A DNA stretch of 64,000 nt from Glaucostegus cemiculus (lineage: Eukaryota): assembly GCA_976551045.1 (NCBI GenBank), contig CDPCPM010000575.1:186001-250000 (forward strand). Direction: 5' to 3'. The notes under the pieces are model-generated. The model was not told where the DNA came from. It worked only from the letters and a program-made list of their open reading frames with translations, and did no database searches. Positions 23,794 to 37,500 of the stretch are shown here, piece by piece; positions within the stretch are counted from its first letter, which is position 1; each line of letters starts with the position of its first letter. The position numbers and the translations under genes are program-made.

Positions 23794-24624
23794 CAGACAG
23801 ACTTTGACTTTACCTGCTGCGGATGCGACCTGTAAGCTGTACATTTTACAAAACATTTTTGGAGAATGCAAAGAATGCAAAGAAACAGGATTTGATGGAT
23901 TGGTCCCCACTGACACATCTAGTAACTAATAATTTTGCAACATACATGTTACTACATGAACACATGCCACTTCATCAGTTGCTGAGACATTCATTTTGAC
24001 ACAAAGAACTATTCCTCTTAATTCAATAACACATTAGGTATTTGAGCAGGCCACACTTTGTCTTTTATTAACCTTCAAGAGTAGTAACTATGAGAAATGT
24101 CCCCTACCCCTTAAATATTCAATTTCCATAAGATTGTTCACTTACTGTGTCCACTTACTGTGCCGACTTTTAAACTATCAACCTCCCTGCACAATACACA
24201 GCTCCTTGCTCTGATTAGAAGGCATTATATTGTATTCAAAAATAGGTGTGTGATTTTCAATTGACCTTTTTCCTTCAATAGACAGTGAAAGTGAATGAGG
24301 GAGTGCGTGGGGTAATTACTGTCCAAGTATTAAAAAGAGTGCACGTGAAAAGAAAAGAATGTTTCAAAGAAAATTGTGACCAGGTGCATATTAAATCACT
24401 CTTGCCAGTCTCTGGTGTAGTTCTGGTCCATCTATTCTATAGAATAATTCATCAACAAATTAGGGTGGTTTGCATCAAAAGCACATGATATGATGCAAAG
24501 GTCACTGAACAATCCAAAGCTGAGAGATTTTAATTATAGAAATCTGCATCCACAAATGATCCTTCAATTACCGGAGAGCTAGGAAAAGACTATATCCAAA
24601 TTTTGCTGCACTGAAGGTACAAAC

Positions 24625-24694
24625 CTGTTCACAGCGAGGTCTGCCTGGGAAACAGAGGAGGGCAACTTCACCAACTCTTCACATAAGTAGCAAT
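24625..24694 (-). CDS. ASPSCR1: ASPSCR1 exon, 70 nt
   Basis: Acceptor ttctcccccacttag|, donor AACAG|gtttgt; (D)CYLCEELVKLPSSVSQADLAVN aligns with human GVYLEPGLLEHAISPSAADVLVAR; phases fit both flanking exons. Confidence 0.9.
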
Positions 24695-25177
24695 CTAAGT
24701 GGGGGAGAAATAGAGAGAACATTATATATACTTCAGAAGACCAGCTTGTGATCAGAAATGGATGCAACCCATGATAAGAGAGATTTCATCTAGTTAGTTA
24801 CTTGAGTTTTCTTTCATGAAATTGGAGAAAATTTACAAGGAGGCAGTGTACAGCAAGTCATGCTCATGATACTGAAAAAAAGAGCTACACAAAGTAATCC
24901 CATCTTCCGGCACAAAGTTACAGCCCTATAGGCCACAGCTCTTCATGTACACATATAAGCACTTTCTAAATGTGATGATGCCTCCACCATCCTAACAAGC
25001 AGTGAGATCCAGGCCCCTACCAATCTATGAATGATGTGTAGGCAACTGCAACAGCCAATCCGCAAACAACAAATTTCCATAAACACCAATGAGGTAGTGG
25101 CTTTGCCAAGAGATAAGCATTGCAAATGACACATTGAAAACTCTCTGTTTCTTGAATAATATAACTGGAGAGACAGA

Positions 25178-26075
25178 TTCAGAATCAGGTTTATTATCAC
25201 TGACCTACATGATATGAAATTTGTTGTTTTGCAGCAGCAGTACAGAGCAAAGATAAAATTGACTATAAATCACACAAATAAATAAATAAATTGTGCGGGT
25301 ATTGGGGGAGGGATAACAAGGTAGTGTTCATGGACCATTCAGAAATCTGATGGTGGAGGGGAAGAAGCTGTTCCTAAATCGTTGAGTGTGGGTCCTCAGG
25401 CTCCTGTACCTCCTCCCCAATGTTAGTAACAAGAAGAGGGCATGTTCGGGATGGTGAGGATCCTGCCTTGTTGAGGTACTGCCTCTTGAAGATATCCTCA
25501 ATGGTGGGGAGGGTTGTGCCTGTGATGGAGCTGGCTGAGTTTACAACCTTCTGCAGCTTCTTGCGATCCTGTGCATTGGAGCCTCCATAGTAGGCGGTGA
25601 TGTAACCAGTCAGAATGGTCTCCACTGTACATCTATAGAAATTTGCATGAGTCACTGGTGACATACCAAATCTCCTCAAACTCCCTCTGGCATGCCTTCT
25701 TCATAATTGTATCAATGTGTTGGGCCCAGGACAGATCCTCTGAGATGTTGAAGTTGCTCACCCTTTCCATCACTGACCCCTCAATGACGACTGGTGTGTG
25801 TTCTCCCGACTTCCCCTTCCTGAAGTCCACAATCAATTCCTTGGTCTTGCTGATGTTGAGTGCAAAGTTGATGTTGCGACACCACTCAACCAGCTGATCT
25901 ATCTCACTCCTGTACGCCTCCTCATTGCCATCTGAGATTCTATCAAGAGTGCTGTCATCAGCAAATTTATAGGTGGTGTTTGAGCTGTGCTTAGGTACAC
26001 GGTCATGAGTGTACAGAGAGTAGAGCAGTGGGCTAAACACTCATCCTTGATTGTCAGTGAGGAGATGTTATTACC
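25178..26075 (-). mobile_element. Rex1/Babar LINE RT fragment (frameshifted)
   Basis: SPLLYSLYTHD...YKFADDST...LNISKTKELIVDFRK (RT motifs including FADD), then NFYRCTVETILTGYITAYYG in a second frame. Confidence 0.92.
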
Positions 26076-26389
26076 AATCTATTGGCTTATTTATTGCTTC
26101 ATTCATTTTATGGCATCTCCAGCAGTCAGTGCTCCTTGAGTACAGCACTGAAGTGTCAGCTTAGATCATATGTGAGTACCCGGACTTGGGCTTGAACCAA
26201 CAATCTTGTCATTAAGAAACAAGATGATCAGTCAACCAAGGGTATTACCTGCTTTATATTGACAGTTCCCAGACAAACAGAAGGATTTATACTGTATAAA
26301 GTAGGTGGGCATCACATGCTAGAAGACATTTTGACCCACTTTCACTCATAACTGCTCATTAAATAGTAGGAAATGCATTTTATTTCTAT

Positions 26390-26470
26390 TGTGAAAATAG
26401 AAAATGCTGGAAATAATGTGGAAGAGAAACAGGGTCAACATTTCACGTCAAAGACCTTTCCTCAGAACCA
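26390..26470 (-). mobile_element. Penelope-like terminus fragment with hammerhead-like core
   Basis: gaaaatgctggaaata...; minus strand reads GGTT-CTGAGGA-AAGGTCTTTGACGT-GAAATGTT-GACC. Confidence 0.6.
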
Positions 26471-26829
26471 AACCAATATTTTTTATTTCTATGGCATATT
26501 TCACGATCATGAAAGTTGCAGAACTTGTCCTCTTCCATGCCAGAGCACATCTTGCTGGACTCACGGACCTTATGTTGTTTGTTTGTCTACACTGTAGCTT
26601 CTAGCGTGATACAAGGATACAAGAATAATGTCTGTGGGCTGGCAAGATGCTTTAGCAGACATAAGAATGGCAATAATTTGACAGTGTGGTGTCCCATGAC
26701 AGCTTGTTTCATTTTTGGGTTTCTTTTCCCCCAGCTCAGCATTAAAAACACCACACCAGACTAAATACCATTTTCTCCATTCTGTTGCCAGCTATTCTAC
26801 CATCTTTTAGTTATTCATTTTTTTTAAGA

Positions 26830-27185
26830 TGAGGGCAAAAGCCAGCAGTTATTGTCCACCCCCAAATACCCTGAATAAAGTCACTTGCTAGGCCACTGCA
26901 GGGGATGTTTAAGAGCCACACTACTGTAGGTCTGGAGTCACAAATAGGCCAGATCAGGTATGGCTGGCAGATTCCCTCCCCTGATGGACATCAGTGATCC
27001 AAGTGGGTTTTTACAAAAATCTGATAGTTTTGTGGTCTTCATTACTAATGACCAGCTGTTCTTTTTTAAAATTCCAGATGATGAACTGAATTTATATTTA
27101 ACAGGTGGGACTTGAACTCTGATCTCTGGATTGTTAGTTCAGGCCTCTAGGTTAGTAGTCGGATAATTCAGTGCTAAGGTATTCC
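26830..27185 (-). mobile_element. tRNA-derived elasmobranch SINE
   Basis: Reversed B-box region ggtgggacttgaactc and body ggtctggagtcacaaataggccagatcaggt...gcagattccctcccctga. Confidence 0.55.
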
Positions 27186-29389
27186 ATAACGGTAATCAGG
27201 AGAGGGAACCCTGACTGATTACTGGGCGTCCATGTGCCAAGCTGAAAGGTAACCCCTCATGTCTTACTTCTGGCAAAGATCAGCCAACTCCAATTAGGGG
27301 CTGAAAGTGTAGCGTCTGGTTTGTTTAATGGACTTTGGGCCACAGGATCAGCAGAACAAATTAACTGCTAAAATCCAGCTTTTTTTTCGTAGAATAGGGT
27401 AGAAGGTTTGCACCAAGAACAAGGTACCATACTCTTGGAGATGTACTGAGAATCTAGTACCAAGGACATTTTATGCTCACAAGGACAGAAGGTATCTAGA
27501 AATAAAGGAAAGTGCCCCCATCACAAATTTTAATGACGTTTATTCTTGTTAAACACATTTACATGCACTAAACACAATAACCAACGTATCATTTGACTGC
27601 TAGGTCTTTGCTTTCCTATTCATGGTACATTTCACACACCTACCCTGTCATTCACTTGCAAGCAGGTCAAGTACCAATACAATTCCCAAGCACAGCTTTC
27701 ATCTGTCTATTTTTGTAATTTTTTTCTTTCTTTACATCTCTTGCTCCCTCCTCTCTTTTCATCTCTATCTATATCCTAATTCATCCTATATCCTTCCGTC
27801 ATTTGGTCGATACTTTCTCTGAGTGAAGAGATAAGCCTTTAAGCACAGTGGTCATGAGGTTCAAGGTGCAATATTGACATTGCTGCGTTATTACCTTGCC
27901 AGTAATTTGAGATCCAAGCGCCCAATGGTGCTTACCACTAGACTCACCACTGCGGCAAATTCCAGCCCTTTGTGAGTGACAGCAATCACTTTTGTTCATT
28001 ACAAAACTTTTCCATTATGTGCTGCATTCCTTGGCTTAAGCAGGTGGCAGGCAATGGCAGCTGAAAATGGTAGTTTGACAGTAATTTTCTGCAATGTAGC
28101 TTGACTGTACTTAGCAGCTGAAGTCAACTTCTGTTAAACTGGTACTCCTGTGATAACCATCTCCTTCATTTTGCTGGTTTCAGGAAATTGCCAATAAATT
28201 GATGCTTGTCACGTTATTCAGTAAGGAACAGAATATACACCACTTAATTTTGTTATTTTTTGATGACATCATGTGGTGGCACGCTTTATAGCCATGTTCG
28301 ATGCCAGAAAAGCAAGGATGTAACTACAATGGAATGAAAGCCATTCTGGGTGTGCCACATTCTTGAACCATGGACTACAGAACAGCCATCTCCTCCACAG
28401 GGTGAATTGGGGGTCAAGTTAACAGAAGGCAGAAAGAACCAAAAAAAAAGAATAAGTGAAAAGAAAAAAAATCACAAACTGTTGCTGAGAATTGTTGCAT
28501 TGGTCAACGAGAAGCTAATGAATAAATAGCTAAATATTTCAGAAGCATGAATCTTTGAACCAGCCATCCCATCCATTAAATTGAACTATAATTTAACTTA
28601 ATTATGTACGTAAAAATGTCTAGAGGTACATAATAAAGTTGTAACAATCTCTGGTTTAGAGGCTTATTACACTTTACTATGAAGAAGGGGCATAATGACA
28701 AAATGTGGGCAGAAACAAACATGTTACATCAGGGTTCATACTTACCACAACCCACACCATCATGTAAAGTGAATGCATCAGAGGTTGCCCCTACACTACC
28801 TCGTCCAGCAAAGCCACTTACATCCTGAAAATAAATGTGCTTGACATAGCTAAGGGTAGCAGCTGGAAAGCTGGTTATTTTTAGAGTGGATTTCCTTGAT
28901 TGCTGACCTTAATGGATCTGTCAAGTTTAAGAGTGAGTTGTCACTGGCTGAGCAGTATTGGCAATTCTTGCAATGGTCTCAGATGCATTAAAAGCAGTAC
29001 AAGATACAACTCCCTTAGAGAGCTGCCGAAGTACATTGAAAGAATGATGGGCTAATCGTAGCTTAACTTAACTGAGCTTGAACATTTGAATTCAACTCTG
29101 CAAGTCAATCAACTGTTCTTTAAGGCAATGGATCTTATTTCCTTTATTAGCTGTTAATTCAAGTTGAACGTCAATTAGTTAAGATTGTGGGCGGGAGGAA
29201 CAGAAATAGGAAATGGATTATTTTATATGTGGACCCATTACAAACACCAAAAAGGTAACAGGTGGAAGAATAATTAAGCCAAGTCCAGAAGAAATTATAC
29301 AACATATCCAGGGGCAGGAAGACTTACAGAACAAAATCAATGAAACATTAACTTGAGGAAATCAAAATAAGTAAGGTTGTGTTACTCAC

Positions 29390-29441
29390 CCATTCTAACT
29401 TCAGAGCCAAAGTGGACAAGAGCTGCAGGAAATAAGTTTGC
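29390..29441 (-). CDS. ASPSCR1: ASPSCR1 exon, end of UBX domain, 52 nt
   Basis: Acceptor tttgttctttttgcttcag|, donor ATGG|gtgagt; ANLFPAALVHFGSEVRM versus human ANLFPAALVHLGAEEPA. Confidence 0.95.
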
Positions 29442-29989
29442 CTGAAGCAAAAAGAACAAAGAATAGTGATGTATCTCTACAGATGGCTGTCATTATGTCT
29501 TCACTCTTAAGTTAACTGAAACCCAACAACCCAAAGCACCAGTCATGAAGCAGCAGAAATGGATACTAAACAGATTTTCTCTCTTTACCAAAACCTGCCA
29601 GAACATTTGCAGATCAGTGCAAATGCTGTCCACAGATGCTGAGCTACCATCTATTAAATTAAGCCAGAATTGAGCATGGAAAAATATACAGTGCAAAGAA
29701 AAAAATTATTCATATCTCTTCAAATCTGGGAAAAGTAACGCCCTTAAATAGAGTTGTTAGAACATTCTAAAATACTTTGCAACCAAGTGCAAACATGCAA
29801 CCATTGTTCCTACAAACCATTGTCCTCATAGCAAATGAGTGAAAAGTGTTACATCTTTTGTGACACTAGTTGAACTGTGGTAGAAATCTCTGCTCTTTAT
29901 CAAATGCTTTCTGTCTAGCTCAGCAGGCAAATAGTTCTTACAAAAGTTAATACCTTCGACATTACAGCCAGGATTACATGCGAGATAGT

Positions 29990-30125
29990 TGTTAGGCAGT
30001 CCCTCAGGATCAAGGACAACTTATTTCCACTCTAGTTGGGTGGATTCTGAAGCAGCCGTTGATGCCAGTGTGGAAAAGACCCTTTCACAGCTGGGGCAGG
30101 TGGCGTCCGACCGGGCGGACAAACC
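29990..30125 (-). mobile_element. RTE-clade LINE 3' remnant
   Basis: gttgttaggcagtccctcaggatcaaggacaactt resembles reversed RTE 3' ends. Confidence 0.45.
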
Positions 30126-32254
30126 ACTGGTATGGTCACAAGTATAAATCATGGGTAAAAGAGCAAAGCACTCTATGATATGTTTTTAAGATGGTGGAGC
30201 AATTAAAACGTAAAGTCACATTAACAAGCAATTTCATGAAAAGATGATCAACTGTTCATTCATTATAAGTTATCTGAGACAGGTTATTGCTGCAAAGTTG
30301 TTGGAAAGGTGTGCTGACTGAAGTCAGTGCTGTTCAGTATCTGCAGTTCAAATCACTCAGGCACTTTAATGTGATATAAATGGAAGTATTATTTATTCAG
30401 GACCCCCTGCCCCACCCCCACTTTGCAGGCATGTCTACGGCTTCTTTTCCAGGTCTGCCTTGGGCTGAGATCTAGAATTCAGGAAGAGCAATTCCAACCT
30501 CTATCTACATTACTTTATGGATGATATAACCCAGAGACACTGAGCAGAAACGATCAAAGACTGTGTTGGCTGCTCACATCTGGTCCACTGACCTTATCCC
30601 TAGCATCCATGCACATGGATATGTTGCACTGGTTTGCATTTATTTTCTGTGAAATTGAATGCAATGTCCCGCTAGAACAAGTTGCTCTATTCAAAGTTCT
30701 ACTGATTGATTTGTGTGAACAAAGAAGGGACTAAGAATAAATCGTGGGCCAAATTATCTTGGTGAAAGGCGGTGGGGGGGACTTACAACATGAACCTTCT
30801 GGATGATCCAAAAGTCACTTGGGCTCCTGTTAGCTGTAACTAAAAATGACACACAGGGGTCGCTCTATGCTTTTCAACTCCAAGCTTCACATTCTTTTGG
30901 TTAAAAAAAAGTTCTGAATCTTTCATGTGATAGGTTATATCAGGCTGATGATAATCTTATGGGGAACATTCCACAGCATCCTTGCCTTTGAATCACATAC
31001 AAATTAATCAACAGTGTCAGCTTAGTGTCACCAACTTCCCCTTTCTTCAGTACAACAAATCATTTAACTTCCTCATGGACTGTATGTTTAGGTTATTATA
31101 TGCCTGTTATTTTCACCATGTGAACCTTTGGAATGCTGGAATTAATGACTGGATGGAGTGGGTGGGGGGGGGTGAGGGGGGAGGGGGAGGGTGATGGTAG
31201 TGGTGATTGGCAGGAGAAAAAGGCTGTGTTTCTTTTTCTCCATGAGCCAAGTTGTGATTAATAATAAATTAAACTTTATCTTAATATTGTGTTTTTAATA
31301 AACATTTATCTTATGTAGTCTAATTCTAGGTCTGGCAGCCCTCCAACTCCTCTATTCTACAATTTAAATTATAGCAATTAAACTTGATATGAAATCAGAA
31401 GACTTTGGCAATGTCTGAATTATTTTTGAATACTAAATGTCCTTAGATAAGTGCAACAACAAACCAACAGGTAGCAATCAAGATCTCTATTGCTTACCCC
31501 CTCATTAAAGGGCATTTCCTGTCAATTAGTTCCCACGCATTTGTTTTCTGCCCATTTGGCAGAGTAAAGCAGTGCAGCATGAGGCACTAAAAACACCATA
31601 ATTTTGGCACATCAGCTCCCGTCATAAGCAAAAACACTGCATTGTTTGGAGTCAGCCGCCAGACGCAACTTGGCACTGCTCCTGTCACACTAAATCTTGT
31701 GATTCTCAAAGATATGAATTTAGTTTTACTCCAACCTGATTCTTGTAACATTTGGTTTTAAAATACTGCAACTCACAAACCCTCTCCGTGGCGCTGTCAG
31801 TGAGAAATCTAGCTTGTACACAGCAAAAGAAAACTTGACATTTGTAAGACAACTGCACCTTTGTTAGAAATTTAAACCAGGGAGAAATGTTGAGTGAAGT
31901 GATGATGGTACTTCGGAGAGGGTTGTCAGGCATAAAGAGCACAAGGACAAAAGAGTAAAGTAACTTACCCATTTTACAACTAATACACAAGATCATCCAT
32001 AATCACTTCCGTTCCCAGAGAGCCACAAATGAGATTTTAACCTACAATGCACAACCAATTGAAATCTCACCAGTGAGTGAGAGACTGGAAGACCAGAAGC
32101 TGAGAGAAGTGCTTTGAAGTGTCCACAACAGTCAAGGAAGCAAGTGCCTTCCTGAGTGACATCCATTGCAACATCTCCCACTTGCAGCTCCAGGGACCTA
32201 GAATTTCTTCCTCACTTATTATTACAAATTTGGCTCCACTGTAGAATTAAAAAG

Positions 32255-32680
32255 GTACTTGTATTTATATAAGGTTTTTGTATCTGTGTTAGAGCATCGT
32301 AAAGAACTTCACAGTTCAACAAAGTACTTTCCAAGTTTATTCACTAATGTGACAGAGAAAATCTCGTAGCCACTTTGTGCACAGCAAGCTCTCACATACA
32401 GCAATCGCCAGATAATGGATTTTGATAACATTGATTTGGAGTAAAATATTGCTGAGCACACTTGGGATAAATACCCTTCTCATGAACATAGTGCCATGGG
32501 AATGCTTCCATACGCTTTAAAGGTAGGTGGGGTTATGGTTTACAATTACATTCAAAAGTTGGCACCTCCAATAGAGCAGTACCCCCTCAATAATGCAGTG
32601 GAGTGTGGATTTTTGTGGGAGCTGAATCATCAACTTTCTGACTTAAAGGGCAAGGGTGCTAATCATTGTGTCATTGTGAA
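32255..32680 (-). mobile_element. Deu-domain SINE, near full length
   Basis: acttgtatttatataag tail; gccactttgtgcacagcaagctctcacatacagcaat; atagtgccatggga; ggcacctccaatagagcagtacccc; ttctgacttaaagggcaagggtgcta head. Confidence 0.7.
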
Positions 32681-34056
32681 CGATGTTATTGCGAGAATCT
32701 TAAACTACCTTCCAGCAACCTGGTCCAGAAGCCCCACCTGATATTGAAATCTAAAATCATGTCCTAATACTGCCAGCCTGTTAAATTTTAACCCCTTGAG
32801 AGGCAGCTTAATGTAATAGGTCAACCAAAGATGTGTTCCTCAGCATTACTGACACATCAATAAATCTGTGCTAATTCCTACTCTAAGAGACATTAAGTTG
32901 AAAAGCCTCAACCAGAAGATTTTTTTTATGGGTTTCTCTTGAGTCACAGTAGAAGATGAATACAGCATTTTTATTGAATCCTAGTTGGCTAGTCTGAACA
33001 TCCATTACAAACAGTTTTTTTCCCCCCGCATAGAGTATACAGTGTAAAATGAAACCAAACGGTTATCCAATTCCTTGGTGTTTTGTTTTCTATTGAACTG
33101 AGATCAGGATCTTGAGGTTATGGATAGTGATCTGGAAGTGTTATATAAGGGGATAAATTGTTGAGTCCAAATGAACTCAACAGTTGAAAGAATCTGGGAG
33201 CTCAGGCCCCAGTAATACTGGTTAGAGGGGAGGCAGAAGCACAATTATATCAAAAAGTAGTTTTTAATTCAATGTTAATAATTAAAATGGAGAATGGGAG
33301 ATGCAGGATGAAAAATCACTTTTTTTGAGCACCCTAATTCACAGTATTCTTGGGTGGGGGTGGGGGGAAGGAGGCAGGAGAGAAGAATGTGGTGTGGGAA
33401 GAACTTAAGGGAATCTTTCTTTATGTACATAAACATTCCTAAAGCTCCCAAAAAGGTAAAGTGGGAATATACTGCATTAAAAATTCAAATGATCAAACAC
33501 ATCCAGATGGTTACCTCTACAGTTCTGGGCAGACTGAAACCTTTCATAAATTATACCAGGAACAAAGCAGAAGAGGGAGCATATTATAGTAAACTCTTTC
33601 ATCCAAACTCATTGTTGCAGTTTGACAGTGTCACACAGCAGGTCACTTTCTGTTGCTTAGCAAATAATGAGATAATTTGTCTTACAAGACAGATATGGTT
33701 ACAGGATTATGAAAATATAAATCACATTTCCACATGTATGAATTTATAATTATTCAGCTTAGAATGTGGCTACTTCTGTTTTTTTAGGACAGAAGCTATT
33801 GCTGTACAGTGGGAGACTGCCTCTATGTGTTGCCATGGTCAGAGCATCACCCTTGTCACAGGACCACTGTCCCATCTCCAGTCATTTCAATTAGATTCAC
33901 AGCTTTCTCAAGAACAAAATCATATCCAGGAGGTGTTGGTTTCTAGATCAATCCGTGTAATAAACTTTGCCTCTCCTTCAAGAAAACAACTTTTCCATAA
34001 TTATTTTATAAACTGATATCACATTGATTACCTGCTTATATAAATCCTGTGGGAAA

Positions 34057-34108
34057 AAATTTGGTACTAAATATATCTAAAGAAATTTGGTACTAAGTAT
34101 ATCTAAAT
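34057..34108. repeat. 26-bp tandem duplication
   Basis: aaatttggtactaaatatatctaaag / aaatttggtactaagtatatctaaat. Confidence 0.85.
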
Positions 34109-34409
34109 AAATTATTTTGCTTAGCAGTGAGTTCAGCTTGGTCTGATTGCCACGATGAAGTACCGTCTACTCTTTATTAAATGCTATGTATATCAGACTA
34201 AAATCAGGCAGGAACCCTTCCTTCTCTTTGAACATGTTTAGTTTGACTAGTAGATAATATAATGATTTTCTTAGCATAAACTGACATGAAATCAAGATGG
34301 AGACTTATTCTTCATTCTTGGTGATGCTCGGAGCTGGGAGAGAGTGGATGACAGACTATAGATTGTACATACCTTAAAAATAGATGCTGGAAAAAAAACT
34401 GGTCCCGAT

Positions 34410-34525
34410 TAACAGGTCTTTGACTCTTTGACTGTTAACTCTGTTTCCCTTTCCAGATATGGAGCCTGACTTGCTGAGATTTCCAGCATTTCTGTTTTTA
34501 TTTTAGATTTCTAGCATCTGCAGTT
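34410..34525 (+). mobile_element. Penelope-like terminus
   Basis: gttaactctgtttc...cctgacttgctgagatttccagcatttctgtttttattttagatttctagcatctgcag. Confidence 0.7.
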
Positions 34526-36859
34526 ACTTTGATTTTCATTTTTGACTGTATATACCTTACTAGATTTCTCAGCTATCTTTAAAAGTGCTCCACTGACAGG
34601 CATACTCTGTACTGATGAGAATATACAAATACATGGTGGTTGTGGCACAACTAATGCCAAAACACCAGGAGAGTCTCCTCTTCGAAAAAAAAAGTGATAT
34701 GATTTCAAAACCCCACAATAAGCAAACAAGGCATTAATTTAACTATCTGTCTAAGTGGCAGCACAAGCAGGGCTGGGATTTCCCATGTGGACAGGTTACT
34801 AAAATCCCACACACCCAAAAGACAATTTACAGAGATTGGGCATCAGCCAGTAACCGGGCAGCCCAGGGGCTTTTGATGTTGACAGGAAGTAACCGTACAA
34901 ATTGAGAACAGTTTCAAACAGTAAATACATGTCATCGTAAGATGAGAGCAGACGCTCCAATCCAATGCAGTTCTTAACAAATTCAACTGAGATCTCGATT
35001 TTCAGAAAGGTTCTGAGCTAAAGGACAATGGATGCCTAAAAGTATGTTACTAAGGAGTAATTTGCTGTATTTGGATAAGATTTGCATCTGAAATAAAGAT
35101 AAGTGGAAAAGCAAAATATGCTGCTGGTTGATATTGGGAAACACAGGAGGAATACCAGGTGGAGATATAACTCTGTACAGTGCCACATTCTTTCCGCACA
35201 GTCCCAGAAGACACTTCTATCTTTTCAAATGAAATGTTAATTCAAGGCCGCGTATGTTCTCAGGTAAACATACAAGATTCCAAGCCACTATTCTGAAGAG
35301 CATGGGAATTATCTCCCATCTTCTAGACAATATTGAAACTGGAAAGTGATGAATGATATTGCTCAACATGAGCTAAGTGCCCAGCAACTATCATGAGAGG
35401 AACTGTACCTAAAACAATGTTTTGCACAAAAAAATCTTTAAAGTCATTATGAAAATAAATTATTCTACAAATTATAATGTCCACTATGTCAGCCTCGATC
35501 TTACGGCCTGTCAAAAGATCTCCAGCTGTTTGAAAAACAAAGGAAGCTAAATACTTCATAAAAATAATCATGACAGAACTAAAAGCTACATTACCTTTCT
35601 ATAAGGTAACCCTGAGATCTTCCAACTGTGTCTCCCTGTAATTTCTTCCCAATTTACCTTATCCTGTGTTTGTAAGCTGCTAATAGAATTCAAAACCACA
35701 AACTTTTGCCAGTCTTTAACGATAGTAATTGAGTAGAATTAAAAGGGAACAGAAAATGATACCGCTAGAGGAATGTTGTAATCTGATTTTCCTTTGGTTC
35801 AATATTGTTAATGTGCTTCTTAAAAGGTTAAGCCCGCGCATTGAAAATGCTACTGTCCAGTGTTAGTGTAATTTATTTAATCAATCCAGTTCCCAAATAT
35901 CTAGTAAATCCTCCTGAGTAGGTAGTGCTCCAAATGTGGTGAAAGATTTCTTTCTTTCTTCTCCATTTGATGCTTATAGATTTGGGCTGTTTGTAATTAA
36001 AACCACTTGTCCGTGCTATCTTTGCTCTTTGCATGGCTCAAAGATCAAACAAAGCAGCAATCGCTAGACACTAGGTTTAAAAAAAACATGTAATGGTAAA
36101 GAATATTTCCAGCATGAATAAGACCCATTGATTGTATTTTAAATTAGTACAACAAATATAATGGCACCCTCCACTGTGCATCCTTCCGTACCAAATAATT
36201 TAGTCAGGATCGCAAGTTTTGTTTTAATATATAAATAACTGCAGGGCAAAGTCAAACCCTTGATGTTCTCACCCACACCTAAAGTATGTGCATTTCATTG
36301 ACACGGTAAGCAGTGGACATCTTTCGCAGTTCTCAAACCACGCATATGTTTTCCATCAAACAACATCTGCAAAGGAATGCTTTAGCAACATTTCTGAAGT
36401 TAAGTAGAGAAGACACTGTATTCTAGTCTTCTGATTATGACCCTGTTTATAATTGTACAAAATAATCAAGCAGCATTTGATGCTTAATTTGCCAGTCAGA
36501 AAAGCAAGAGCAAAAAGCAGAAAATTTGAATCTCCCATCCGTATTATGTGTCTTATTACCTTTGTCAACCAGTACCCATCTCAGTTTCTAGCTCTGATTT
36601 GATGAACTTAATATAAAGTAACCTTGCAATCAGGATATGGGCAGCATCTTCTCTGCCTTCCTGAACACAGGGCTCAGCCTCCTGTCAGCAGTTTATTAAC
36701 CTGTACTCCAAAATGAAACAGGAACCTGAGGCCTGACCACCTACAAAACACTGTAACTTCAAGACTTGACAGTACTGAGTGTAATTTAAAAATTTGCAGG
36801 TAACACACAACTCAAGAATATCGTAAACAAGGGGAGGATAAGTAACACACTTAAACAGA

Positions 36860-37500
36860 TGAAATGGGTAGACACATGGCAGCTGAAGTTAAATGTAGTG
36901 AACTAAAGGAGTTTGGTAGGAAAATAGAAGAGATGCAATATGAACTAAACAGTGTGCTCTTAAGGAGGTGTAGGAAGAGAGTGACCTCTCAGGATGTATG
37001 TATGCAGATCTTTGAAGATAGCAAACTAAGTAAGGAAGTAGCACTAAAATTTCATAAAACACTGGCCAGGTCTCGGAGGAACCTGTTCAATTCTAAGCAC
37101 CACACACAAGGACAGACATCAAAGTCTTAGAGGAAATAAAAAAGAAATTTACTACAATGACAGGGATGAGGAATTTTACTTACATGGAGAGGTCAGAAAA
37201 GCTGGGATTGTTTCCACATCAGTAGAGTAGAGTCTGATATGTCTTGATAAAATAAGTTGTTCTTAGTAGTAGAAAGGTCACAGATTTAAAGAAAAAGAAC
37301 CAGGAGAAAAGCCAGAAAACGTTTTCTTACTTGACTATATTGGAGTAAGGGCAGAGTGAGAGCAGACATTACTATTACTTTCAAGAAGGGAGGTGGATAT
37401 GAAAAAAAATGCAGAACAATGGGGAGAGAGCAAGGAAGTGGAATTAACTGGATGTTTCTAGCAAAGTGTTGGTACAGGCAAGAATGGTCTCCTCTACCTA
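36860..37500 (+). mobile_element. Decayed CR1 LINE 3' region
   Basis: aatgggtagacacatggcag; cataaaacactggccaggtctc; aaaagctgggattgtttcc; 3' tail aatggtctcctct. Confidence 0.6.

Noticed and set aside
34983-35186. ORF containing ISPP...SLFQ as the missing ASPSCR1 FITPPK...TLFQ exon
   Set aside because: Spacing is about 11 residues too long and no GT donor follows the Gln codon
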